DNA of 64,000 nt from Albugo candida (lineage: Eukaryota): NCBI GenBank assembly GCA_040437565.1, contig JBDOQK010000042.1:124001-188000 (forward strand). The letters run 5' to 3'. Below are positions 12,693-23,686 of the stretch, piece after piece. The first letter of the stretch is position 1; each line of letters begins with the position of its first letter. The notes under the pieces are model-generated. The model searched no databases, had not been told where the DNA came from, and was given only the letters and a program-made list of their open reading frames with translations. A program made the position numbers and the translations under genes.

Positions 12693-13364
12693 GGGAATCG
12701 TTATTCAGCCCTTACCCTCCATAAATTAATGACAATTGTAGCCTCTGATTGGTCTGAATAGATGCAAGCGAAAAAATAAAAATATAAACATCACACTGTC
12801 CTCTCCTGCAACTTCAATGTACCTGTAGGCTGACGACAGCTACATTGGGCTATCCTTGTGACCATGCTTTTCTTCACCGATTAATACCGCTGTCTTCTAA
12901 TGATTTTGATCAGCATTGGTGGATGGTGCAGCCAATGCCAGTTCATGTTGAGGCTGGGACCATTGAGATAGCATTAAAGAGGATAATGATGAGTATGGGA
13001 ATGATTCGAATCATCGTAAGCGTGCGCTGCTAGACTATGTCTTGGCAGTCCCAGGGAAAGAAATTTACGATCCTGTGCAAGTGTGCACGCGTGGTAAGCC
13101 ATCGAGCTCAACGTATAGCAACTTCCATCGAAGTTTGAGCATGCTACTGCTGCTCTGAATGCTCCTGTGCATCGCCGAATATGTCGGAAATGCAAAAAGA
13201 CAAGACAACATGCCAGAACTTGCCGTCAAGAAGCAACAGAAGGATCAACAGCACTAACAAGACGAGCAACACCTGCAGCAGTTAATCAAGTAGTGCAAAA
13301 TTTGCAGAAACCCAAGTTTTTGTTTTATTTAACCAGAAAAGGTGAGTACTGAATAACGATTCCC
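12693..13364 (+). mobile_element. Non-autonomous Mutator-like element (672 bp) with TIRs and a perfect 9-bp TSD
   Basis: Left TIR GGGAATCGTTATTCAG (12693-12708) is the reverse complement of 13349-13364. TSD TTCTAAATA lies at 12684-12692 and 13365-13373. Internal transposase C-terminal relics: SWIM-like LGYPCDH, DFDQHWW, PSKFEHA and zinc knuckle CRKCKKTRQHARTC. Confidence 0.92.
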
Positions 13365-15882
13365 TTCTAAATAATATGAAGAAAAAACGATAAAGTTTAT
13401 CTGAGCATTGGCTATCAAATGTTAAGTAATGGGTGACGAAGTGACATTTTGTGATAAAACAAATCACGATATGTATATCCCTGACTGGCGGTTTGATAGT
13501 CATAGAAGGAGGTCCTGGGCCGCTCTTTGCAAAAATTGGTGAATTAGTGTGTAAGGTAGGGCTTCCATGGAGATAGAATAGAATCGCATAAAGGTGAGGA
13601 CAGTTCTTGGTGGTNNNNNNNNNNNNNNNNNNNNNNNNNNNNNNNNNNNNNNNNNNNNNNNNNNNNNNNNNNNNNNNNNNNNNNNNNNNNNNNNNNNNNN
13701 NNNNNNNNNNNNNNTAATATGAAGAAAAAACGATAAAGTTTATCTGAGCATTGGCTATCAAATGTTAAGTAATGGGTGACGAAGTGACATTTTGTGATAA
13801 AACAAATCACGATATGTATATCCCTGACTGGCGGTTTGATAGTCATAGAAGGAGGTCCTGGGCCGCTCTTTGCAAAAATTGGTGAATTAGTGTGTAAGGT
13901 AGGGCTTCCATGGAGATAGAATAGAATCGCATAAAGGTGAGGACAGTTCTTGGTGGTGCAGCTTTACTACTCTAGTAATGACGTCATTGTCGCTATTGTT
14001 ACTTACCGAATTATAGAATCAGTGAAGCAAAATGAAAGAGTCATCCACCCAGGAACCTCTGAGCATTGCGATCTGTGTATGAAGCTACATACATTATACG
14101 TCGCGCTTGTTCACGGAGAACAAAGATGTGTGCATTACTGATATATAAACCGAAGAGTGTATCAAGGGATGATAATTGTAAGCCGTCTTGTTTCTCTCAA
14201 GATGTCCGACATCATCGTTACCCGGCACCATTTCAACGTGCCGCGGTCAATCATATAAGAAAAGATTCATGCGCGTTTATCCTTCGAACCCACGAGTTAT
14301 CGTACGAGCATCCGATTTGCTCAGAAAAGCTATTATCGTACGGACGTGACCATCACCATAGACTTTTCTTTCAATTGAGCACGTAGAAGTAAGATATTGC
14401 CAAGGTGGCTTCAGGTACGTTATTGATAGCAAAGCTATCCCGTGTAGAAGAGAATCAACTCGTTTGGATGACATTCACGACCAAGATGGATCAGCTCGAA
14501 CTGAGCTTGCTCGAATATCAACTGAATTGCCAGCGATAATCAACTTTCGTAGCGGGTGGAGTGTTCCCATTCAAATTGGTTTTGGCAAAAGTACGACAAC
14601 TCAGGCTGTAGATTTCTTCCGAGAAGATTCAGTTCATCTTCCATGGACGAGACTATCCCACTCAATCCACTATCGTACATTGCCACTCGTAACTAATGAG
14701 ATCCTTTTACATCTGTATTTACTTTCGGCTCGGCTACACAATAGTCTGACTACTCTAAGGCTCATAACGTATTACCAATTGGCGTAATGCTCCAAGTCAC
14801 GGAGTCATAATATGCACCCGTTTTGTCTTAACGCAGGGTCTGAAGTGAGTAAAAGTGACATTTAATCGAGCTTATCGACCGTTCCAAGACTCTTTATATT
14901 TAGAGAATCTCGTATCAGGAGAAGTATCCACGTGTATTCGTACAACAAAAGTTGGGGAGGATAACCTTTTCTTACAAGGAAATGATTGTCAGTCTACTCA
15001 TATTACAGAAAATGAAGAAAGAGGAGCACAATGAGAGATTTCTACTTAGTTCGAGTCCTGACGTATCATATCGTTCAAGAAAACCCATGCTTATATATGT
15101 CGTCAACATCTGCGCGTTTGATACCGACATGCAAACGAATTCCATCTTTTCCGATTTAGTAACGAGATGGATGAGAGAAAAATATATGAAAGGGGCCATG
15201 AGGGATCCAACGGCGATCCTTGCACACAAGGCTTACCACGTAAACAGTGCAAAGTGTTCTCGCGCATTTCTTCGGCTACAGAATGTGGAGATACACGTGT
15301 ACCCATATCTTTCGTGTATCAGTGGAGTGAGAGCATATACCATACCTTTTAGAATGAACTGCCTGCGTTTTCAAGCACGCTCAGAAAGCGTCACGAAAGT
15401 GAATACCAAAAACCTTAGCCCACAGACTTTGTTGGCATGTTTGAAGAATCGACATACAGCGCTGAATTCGTCGCAGTAAGTTTAATCATCGGTCAAGGAT
15501 ATGTCTTCTCCATCAGGATAAAACTTTCGTTAGTATAGCGACTCATGTCAACAAAGGAGAAGGATGGGACGTGCTAATGCAGTCTCCTGACAATTCAGCA
15601 TTTATCGTGGCTCTTATTGCGTTGTACTTATCGACCTCAATATGTGATTGAATATCTGCTCGGATATGTCGACTGGAGATCTTAATACCCTGTATCATTG
15701 AACAACTGCGCTTCAGCGCCTTCCTTCCATGCTGCCTGGTGACATATAGCGACCACAAAGTTTCCTCAGAAGCCCAGTTGATGCTGAATGAGATTTATCG
15801 CTCGTACGCCGTCCATTTCACGGCTTCTGAGCTCATATTCTTTACATTATTCATCCGCATGAAAACAACTGCTGTTGTCCAT

Positions 15883-16665
15883 CAATGTAAAAGGCTTCTT
15901 CGGACAAGGCTCAGCATTGGTGACAATATTTTTCGCTAATGCTATGTCTAATTGGCCTGTGGTACAAATCGCAGCAGCTTTATACCTATTGTGAATTCTT
16001 AATCTTTGGACTGATATTTGAAGTTGGATGTGATATACTCTCATAACTACCAGCTTCGATAGCTAATTCTCACGGGAAAACCTTTTGGAAGCAGTACCGA
16101 TGCATGCCGGCTAATACAAAATATTGGAATAGCGGTAATCAATCTTGGAATCCAAGAGTGTGGGTCTACATACTCAGATAGCAGGTGGCAGATGGACAAG
16201 GGTAACACAAACATTTATATCGCAGCACCATACAATTGTTCACGTATCTGATTATCGACTATACGGACAATGGACACCGATGTATACATCTCACGTTTAG
16301 AAGCACAAATTATGGATTCAAAGACGACATGGAAGCCGTCGTTATGGCATTTTCTTATCAATTCTAATGTTGAAATCATTATTATATCTTCAATGTCACA
16401 TTCAGACGACATACAGATCAAAAGATGTCTCTTCAAGCGATGCAGCTNNNNNNNNNNNNNNNNNNNNNNNNNNNNNNNNNNNNNNNNNNNNNNNNNNNNN
16501 NNNNNNNNNNNNNNNNNNNNNNNNNNNNNNNNNNNNNNNNNNNNNNNGCAAATATTTGTGTAGCGATTCAATTATCAAAGTCCCAATTCAAATTTTCTTC
16601 TCGTAAATCGGGCGCTTTGAAGACGGAAATCGGGTATGGAGCTGCAGTGACAACTGGTCGTATCG
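15883..16665 (-). repeat. Inverted segmental duplication arm (gapped copy of 24657-28268)
   Basis: 15883-16447 is the reverse complement of 27703-28268 with scattered substitutions. 16548-16665 is the exact reverse complement of 24657-24774. The two pieces are separated by a 100-N gap. Confidence 0.88.
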
Positions 16666-17432
16666 TATAAAGTGACAATGTCGTACGTAGCGCAATATTT
16701 CGAAACGGGAAAGAGTGTATGCGTTAGTTGGAAGGAAATATGACTAAGTTCACTTCAATTATAACTGTGAACATAGATAGATATTTCAAGTGTTTTTCAA
16801 AAATCAATTTTCGATTCTATTCGAATCGCTCCGTCTCTGCGAGTGACTTGCAGTTGCACTTTGTCTTGTCCCAAATTTATGTAACAGTCAAGGAAATTGA
16901 CTTTTTAATTCGTACTTAATATGACTTGTCCCGGAGTCATGAAACACGCATTGGATTGGAGCAAATTCACCGACAATTCAGAATATCAAACGCAGCAGTT
17001 GCATGGGACGCAAAAGTCTCGACGTCACAAATTCATGTTGAGTAGTAGTGAAGGGGTCTTCACGACAGCTTTATGGTGCAAATGATGGAGATGTACGTGT
17101 AAGAAGGGTACACGTAGTCACATGCACATTATCGATGTGTATGGACGATTAATGTCCAATGAGACAGAGGGTACGTGACCTCACTCATAGCTTGCGGGAA
17201 GAGCGCCAGCACGAAGACCCTCTATTACACGATATCCTCTAGAAATGCAACTCTGATCACACTTTACCGAAACCCTATCAATGTATCTGTGTCATCTGGT
17301 TTATGGCGACAGAATTCGGAACGCACAATCGTTACGAGTTTCATTTGGCGTGGGAATACATTTACGAAATCCTCTCACAGCTAAATCGCATTAAAACATT
17401 ATCAACACAGCGCGCAAAACCAAAGCACATTT

Positions 17433-18258
17433 ATGAGAAACTTCAACCAAAGTTTACTCTATGTAACTTATTGTGGTATGTGACCATACCCTTTCTTTTC
17501 GAGTTATCATCGCTCATTTCGTAACTCCAGGTACACTTCTCCTTCACATTCGAGTCGACAAAGTAGATGGTCAATGTGCGAATTTGACGATGTGTTACAA
17601 AGGTGGCATTGTGGAAGAGCCTTGCACAATTCCACTCGGGTGTCCTGCATGTGTAACATTTAGAAATAGCGGATGCTTTGAGTTGGTCGACAATAAATGT
17701 AATTTTGGAGTGGATTGCACCGAAGCTTGGGCAAATCTTGGTACTCCGAAAGATTCAAGTAATTTGTCTACCGTCATTCCGACTCCGGTTGCTGCTCCGC
17801 CTACAATTCCAACAACACCTTCGAGTACAACTCATGGTACAGTACCGTTGGCAACTACACTGAAGCCTCCAATTACAGCTCCATCTGGAACGACAACGCC
17901 ATCATCTAATTCAGTAAGTGTGCCCTCCGATACTTCAAATAATGGAACAACACCAGCAAAATCTAGTACGAAGCACAAGTCAGAAATAACGACCGTATTT
18001 GCGATTCTAGGGGCTGCTATTGGTGTCATTGCTGTGGGTATCATCTTCTTGATACTTGTTCGGCGAACTGGAGTTCACGGGGACATGGACGACCTCGTGA
18101 CGACCCCACCAATGAGTAAAAGTGGCCACGGGACACAATACGCGAAGTCAGCACCAAGTGGAAGTAGTGTGCCACCTTTGTCTCATGGAACACATAAGAT
18201 CGCTCGGCCGGTGATTGTCGGGCAACATCTCAGTCATCCAAGAGCATTTGAATTGTAG
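17433..18258 (+). CDS. Cys-rich type I membrane protein (signal peptide, 8-Cys domain, Thr/Pro/Ser stalk, one TM helix); exons 17433-17475 and 17531-18258
   Basis: A 55-nt GTATGT...CCAG intron gives in-frame MRNFNQSLLYVTYCGTLLLHIRVDKVDGQC. Cys module C..C...C...CPACV...C...C..GVDC, TM VFAILGAAIGVIAVGIIFLILV followed by RR. Paralogue at 24814-25804. Confidence 0.8.
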
Positions 18259-18547
18259 AGATAGATCGTTGCTTATTATGTTGACATCATTTTCGTAATT
18301 AATTAATAGGTGCATGTCCATTCTTGACATGAACTGGATCCTACTTTACGTTCGACCACACCACACCGTTCGTCTGCATGACTAAAAAGCGTCTGCTAAT
18401 TGATTCGAATCGNNNNNNNNNNNNNNNNNNNNNNNNNNNNNNNNNNNNNNNNNNNNNNNNNNNNNNNNNNNNNNNNNNNNNNNNNNNNNNNNNNNNNNNN
18501 NNNNNNNNNNNNCAGCGTGCCGCAATCCAAAATATGGACCGGCAGAT

Positions 18548-20203
18548 ATGATACTATACGTCAACACCGATACATTCCGCGTGCATCAGTCGGTCTTCCA
18601 TCAGAAATGCACACAGTTCCAACACATTCTGGCCAAGGTTGTTGGACAACCAGTCATTTCTCAGAGCGATCAATGCATTCGACGAGAATCAAGCGATTAT
18701 GATTTCATCACAGCTCCATTCCATTTCCATAATATCGGTCAAAAGCCTCCATCTTCCTCTTCCTTTTCTGAGGGCACGCACCCTTCACCTACTTCCACAA
18801 TTCATCAAGATGTATCTTGCAAGCAACTTAAACTTCGTCTATGTAATGCCAAGAGCGCATTGATCTCCTCCATGATCGACTATATGTATACCAGCCAACC
18901 GTATCGATGTCTTGTTCGACTTGCAACTGCTCTGAATAAAAAGTCTCAAAGTTGGACACCGCCATCTACAATTCCAACCCATGAATTGATGCAATTAATT
19001 GATTTGTGCCAGTATTTCGGCATACATTGCGATTTTTTTTCTCAGATATTTGATTTGGCGATACAAAACGATGAAATCAATCTGCAAATGTTAGTCAATC
19101 TTTTCTTTGTGTGCATGAGAATCCCAAGCAAAGTTGCCCAAAGAAAGCTCACGGATCGCCTCACGTATCACGTCGTAACGAAAAAAATGCGACGCTCAGA
19201 ACAGCAATCGTTTTCGCCGCTTTATCGCCTAAAGGAAATCGCTGATCAACGTGTGTATGAGCACGCAATGTTAGCAATGTCCCGCTACCTTCAGAAACTA
19301 AAGCAGAAAGCTTGGCCGATTCTTTGCAATTCAATCACAATGTGGCTTCATCAGCGCTCTTTATCGCTCATTAAGTTGCATCAGAAGAGTGCAAAGTGGC
19401 ATCCACACATTCGCTTCAATGTAAACCTCGGACATAAGAGAGATTATATTGTCGCTACGACCGTATTCCAATTCAACGTGTACCAATTTCAAATTCGATT
19501 AAATCTTGATCCCAATGATCCGATACAATGGCGAATACTTCAAATAAAAGACCGCAGTGAGTCTTTGTCGTTTGTGTTTCGTGGACGCGTAAAAGTACAG
19601 TTTGAGACTGCACAATGTGCGAGTGCGGTCGCAGAAATTCGGTACACAAACACACAACGCAATGTGCGACACGACCGATGGCATTCGCTTTGGGACAATG
19701 ACGAGTCGCTCATGACACATTCGTGGAAGGAAATCGAGCAATTTGTGTGTACAAAGGCACTATTGCGTGTGCGTGTGATTGGGAATGTGTTTGTGTGGGC
19801 GAATCCGCTCTGTAATTTGTATCATTTTCTGCTCGCGTCGACGCTTTTCACAGCTTCTAAACAGAATGAGAAGGCTTTAGAGGCAACACTATCACAACTT
19901 TCATTCGATACGTTGGAGAGTGTGCTTCAAAGTGATAACTTGAGATGGGAGTCTACTTCTGAAAGTGATTTGGCGATATGGATCGCAACATTCGCAAAAC
20001 GATTAACGCCATCGGAAAGATTGCCGTTACTTGGAGCAATTCGATGGGACTTTGTGGATGAGAAAACACACAGTCACGTGATGGAATTGTTTGGCGATTT
20101 GGATATGCGGTGCGTAATGGAGCAATCGTGTGACATGGAACGAACTCATTGTCTTAAAAAAAAACGGAAAAATCTTATTTATAAAGTGAGACCGACCACT
20201 TGA
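18548..20203 (+). CDS. BTB/POZ plus BACK-like domain protein (true start probably upstream, across the gap, possibly ATG 18378)
   Basis: (PAD)MILYVNTDTFRVHQSVF, MIDYMYT and LIDLCQYFGI fit BTB; LSFDTLESVLQSDNL...LLGAIRWDF fits BACK. The frame stays open upstream to the N gap. Confidence 0.75.
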   Translation: MILYVNTDTFRVHQSVFHQKCTQFQHILAKVVGQPVISQSDQCIRRESSDYDFITAPFHFHNIGQKPPSSSSFSEGTHPSPTSTIHQDVSCKQLKLRLCNAKSALISSMIDYMYTSQPYRCLVRLATALNKKSQSWTPPSTIPTHELMQLIDLCQYFGIHCDFFSQIFDLAIQNDEINLQMLVNLFFVCMRIPSKVAQRKLTDRLTYHVVTKKMRRSEQQSFSPLYRLKEIADQRVYEHAMLAMSRYLQKLKQKAWPILCNSITMWLHQRSLSLIKLHQKSAKWHPHIRFNVNLGHKRDYIVATTVFQFNVYQFQIRLNLDPNDPIQWRILQIKDRSESLSFVFRGRVKVQFETAQCASAVAEIRYTNTQRNVRHDRWHSLWDNDESLMTHSWKEIEQFVCTKALLRVRVIGNVFVWANPLCNLYHFLLASTLFTASKQNEKALEATLSQLSFDTLESVLQSDNLRWESTSESDLAIWIATFAKRLTPSERLPLLGAIRWDFVDEKTHSHVMELFGDLDMRCVMEQSCDMERTHCLKKKRKNLIYKVRPTT

Positions 20204-20216
20204 AATCTGAATTCAC

Positions 20217-20903
20217 ATGAAACTGTGGCGAAGACGAAAAGAAGTCGAGAAAGAAGAGCGTCGAGCAAGTCTTTGGGATGAGCAAGCGGATGCTTATTGG
20301 AAACGGATGGAGCCATCCAGGAAACGAAAACGATGGCGTGTACAGTGCGTGCTTCTATGTGTGTTGATAGTCACACTCGTTTTTGGCGCGATGAATTGGA
20401 GACAGTATGGTGGCTGGGATAGCTGGCAACTCGCAGAAGAAAGGAGAAGTGATGAAATGGGAATGAATATGACACAAGCTCAACAGGATACGTGGAAAGA
20501 TACTGTGGACGAGAAAATACGCGCAACATGTCGTGTTCGCGGTGTTCAAACGCGGTGGCATGAAGAAATGTGTCGGAATGTTTGTCAGAGGTAACAAGTC
20601 AATTGTTTGTTGTTTTCTCAATAATGTAAGCAATGTGTGGACAGAGATAATTATGACGCAGCGTGTATGAATGGATGCTCCTTTGGATCGATCACAGTCA
20701 CAAAACTTGTGTGTGCGTATGGGAGCAAGTCATCCCTCCCGAGCACGTGTCCTTTTGCCGTGGACTGTAGTGGAGCGTGTCGAGTGTATGAAGAGGAAAT
20801 GGGGTATGCAAGCGCCGCTAGCAGTTGTGAGAGCGCGTGTACGTCGATTTTGGCCTCTTCGTGTGCACGCGTCCTCGAAATTCTTAACGATCTTTTATTA
20901 TGA
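20217..20903 (+). CDS. ~210-aa type II membrane protein with a Cys-rich C-terminal domain; exons 20217-20590 and 20645-20903
   Basis: A 54-nt GTAACA...ACAG intron joins two ORFs in frame (CQR-DNYDAAC). Basic N-terminus, TM VQCVLLCVLIVTLVFGAM, then many CxxxC repeats. Confidence 0.75.
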
Positions 20904-21333
20904 ATTCAAATGCGATTTTCGGCTTTATTCTTGTCCAATGTGAAATGTCTTGTCTAGCATGAAAAGTCGAGTCAAAGGTGACATTCTCGTCAGTCATTGC
21001 ATGACGCAATTCAGATCGAATTGCAGTTGCTAAAAAGTGATCGATTTGGTGTCCTCTTCACACCTTTTTGGCTTCTGTAAAGGAGGTACAATTATCTTGA
21101 TTGGCGCTAACATCCAGATATTTATCTGCATACTTGCTGTGTCATTCAAATTCCGTCAATTGATGTGTGTCTCTTTTGCAACTGTGTTGTGTATCGCTTA
21201 AAGTGGGAAAAAAATGTGCAACTTGCTCCTTAAATGCCAAAAATTGAAAAGGAAAACACAGAAGAAATGCGGAGGGTTTGGGAGCGCACATTGTTGTTGT
21301 GCTGAATATTTTTTCTCGAGAGTGAAGTGATCT

Positions 21334-21350
21334 TCATTCTTCAATTTTCT
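21334..21350 (+). promoter_or_regulatory. Oomycete INR-FPR core promoter element
   Basis: TCATTCTTCAATTTTCT matches the oomycete TCATTYYNCAWTTY consensus, ending 23 nt before ATG 21374. Confidence 0.7.
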
Positions 21351-21373
21351 GCTTTCAAGTAAGAGCTTTACGA

Positions 21374-21859
21374 ATGGATTTCAGTATCAAACTGCCGCGG
21401 ATGAGCCCACCAGCAAAGACACGTGCAGTTCCGAACGCAATGTATTACAACATGGATCAGATTTTGTGTGATTCGAATCGTGATTCAGTCGCTGGAAGCA
21501 AGAGATCCAAGCGATCTCGTTTGGTATATGATTTTCCAATTCACGTGTTGAGAAGATATTTCCATATTCCACAAAGACACGCCGCACGTCAATTGGGATG
21601 TTCTGTGATTACATTGAAGAGAAATTGTAAACGACATGGAATTCGGTGGCCTTTTCGGAATTGGAAAGCACAGGGAGGGCTTCTTGATGGAAAATTTGAT
21701 TTGAATTGTGAGTCACGAGAGGCCGATTGGATTGATTTTGCAACAAGGCAATTTGAAGATTGTGAGAATAAAATGTCGTGTGAGAAAACAAAAGCTGCAA
21801 TTGCATTCTCGCGCTTGCCATTTGACTGTATGAAAGAAAATCAAGCAAGATTTGAATGA
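21374..21859 (+). CDS. RWP-RK domain transcription factor (NIN/RKD-like)
   Basis: LRRYFHIPQRHAARQLGCSVITLKRNCKRHGIRWPFR is a canonical RWP-RK domain. Confidence 0.9.
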   Translation: MDFSIKLPRMSPPAKTRAVPNAMYYNMDQILCDSNRDSVAGSKRSKRSRLVYDFPIHVLRRYFHIPQRHAARQLGCSVITLKRNCKRHGIRWPFRNWKAQGGLLDGKFDLNCESREADWIDFATRQFEDCENKMSCEKTKAAIAFSRLPFDCMKENQARFE

Positions 21860-22157
21860 CGGAAGCATTTTTGTGAATTGTGCAACGTAATAGTGTGCTT
21901 ATGGATGTGGCAGAGAACATAAAAGTAGGATGAGTGTGGAAGTAGTATACATGTATAGAGAAAGTATACGTAAGTGAACTGTGGNNNNNNNNNNNNNNNN
22001 NNNNNNNNNNNNNNNNNNNNNNNNNNNNNNNNNNNNNNNNNNNNNNNNNNNNNNNNNNNNNNNNNNNNNNNNNNNNNNNNNNNNGTGAACTGTGGGAACA
22101 GCAAACCGTAAGAAAAAGTATTTTTTGATCGAGCCTACTGTCCAAACTCTTATCGTA

Positions 22158-23465
22158 ATGGGGCAATCGCTTTTATTGTGCGGTTTCTTCTACACGCTAT
22201 TGCGAACAATACTTTCATGTACCGACTTTTTACTGAACACTTCGCTGCCCGACACTGTCATCAGCGCTCGGACAATGGACTACTCTGTAGATCTACAAAC
22301 AAGTGTTGAAGTGATTCCTCAGCATACCATATTCCATGATCTTCCAGTATACAAGTGTTCCGATTGCCCAAATGTACAATGGTCAAACACGTACGGATTT
22401 CTCGCATTCAACATGTTTGGACTCAATGTGGCGTCTGATGGAATGAATGAGAAGGGATTATCGGCAGCTTGGCTTTATTTGTATGCAACACGTTATCCAT
22501 CGATACGTGCGGAGGAACGTACCACTTCATGGTCCCACGTACCCAATGGTACTCGTCCCATTATTACGTCTCTTTGTTCGTACCTTCTTGGTACATTCGC
22601 ATCGGTGAGGGACGTAAGAAATGGATTGAGTGACATCAAAATCGCTGAATTTGACGTTCGCATTCAGAATGTGTTGTTTCACAGTAAAAAGCTCGATAGA
22701 GTGCCACTTCATGTCACTATTCACGATGCTGAACGAAAGACTTTGGTCATTGAATTTATTTCCGGGAAAATGGTCCTCTACAATCATCTGAATGAGGTTT
22801 TGACCAATGATCCTCCATTAGATGAGCAAATTGCGTTGGAAGAAGAACCTTTTGACGAAGACAAAACACTTCCAGGTGGTTATAGTTCCATCGCGCGTTA
22901 TCAGAGAGTATTTAGACTGAATCAGCTTGTGCGGATGGGATACAGTGTGCTCACCAACGCGTCTTATTTACAAGGAACGACTGAGCAAATCGCTGTCTCA
23001 ATGGCATATCATATTCTCAACACAGTGGTACTTCCTCCCATTGAAATTAAAACAGCAACACAATGGACAATTATCAGAGATCATAAGCGACGAAAAGTGT
23101 ATTTTCAATCTACTCAGAATCAGGTTCCACGACTCGTCGATTTATACGCAATCGATTTCCAAAATCCATCAAGTCGGGGAATGATTCCAATTACCGCAGG
23201 TACATGGTACCAGAATGTGACATCGCTATTGCAAGACCCATCCAATTTGGCACATACATTGGATCTGCCTCCTCGTTCCCACGTTGCGAGTGAGCTGAAT
23301 GACTCAATCTCATTCCAAACCGCTTCTCATTCGTCAAAAAGCGCTGTTTTCTCTATACAATTTCTCATTGCTTCAATTTGCGCGGCAGGGGCAATGGGCA
23401 GTATGTGTACACTTCTCTATTTGCGTGCATACTATCGTCGCACAATGTACATGCCCATCGCCTAA
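22158..23465 (+). CDS. Choloylglycine hydrolase / penicillin V acylase family Ntn-hydrolase with signal peptide and C-terminal TM anchor
   Basis: Signal peptide MGQSLLLCGFFYTLLRTILS is followed by mature CTDF with C1, R18 and D21 (ARTMDY). Other motifs: DGMNEKGL, LTNDPP, LPGGYSSIARY, TQWTIIRD. Hydrophobic C-terminal helix followed by RAYYRR. Confidence 0.9.
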   Translation: MGQSLLLCGFFYTLLRTILSCTDFLLNTSLPDTVISARTMDYSVDLQTSVEVIPQHTIFHDLPVYKCSDCPNVQWSNTYGFLAFNMFGLNVASDGMNEKGLSAAWLYLYATRYPSIRAEERTTSWSHVPNGTRPIITSLCSYLLGTFASVRDVRNGLSDIKIAEFDVRIQNVLFHSKKLDRVPLHVTIHDAERKTLVIEFISGKMVLYNHLNEVLTNDPPLDEQIALEEEPFDEDKTLPGGYSSIARYQRVFRLNQLVRMGYSVLTNASYLQGTTEQIAVSMAYHILNTVVLPPIEIKTATQWTIIRDHKRRKVYFQSTQNQVPRLVDLYAIDFQNPSSRGMIPITAGTWYQNVTSLLQDPSNLAHTLDLPPRSHVASELNDSISFQTASHSSKSAVFSIQFLIASICAAGAMGSMCTLLYLRAYYRRTMYMPIA

Positions 23466-23686
23466 GTCGTTATAGCTCTTTCCTAACATATTTATCACAA
23501 TCCCACACTCAACGATCGTCACATTGTATCAAGTGCCACTCTCAAGCGTACTCAGTCGCAATTAAAGACGATCCACTCTCTTCCTTGAGCATCTTTTTTG
23601 TCCTATCGCAACGTCCTTTTGACAGAATGTCGGTCCTTTTAGACATCACATCGATTCCGCCCAAAATCAACTCTTCTTCCAACTCA

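Noticed and set aside
14000-15480. Possible Gypsy-like relics (YAPVLS, IAFLSK, GVRAYTI) and the 175-aa ORF 14952-15479
   Set aside because: Motifs are too short and inconsistent in strand and order to support a call.
23378-23686. N-terminal extension of the 458-aa ORF overlapping the amidase gene
   Set aside because: Non-ATG start and not shared with the paralogue; the start at 23687 (or 23627) is preferred.
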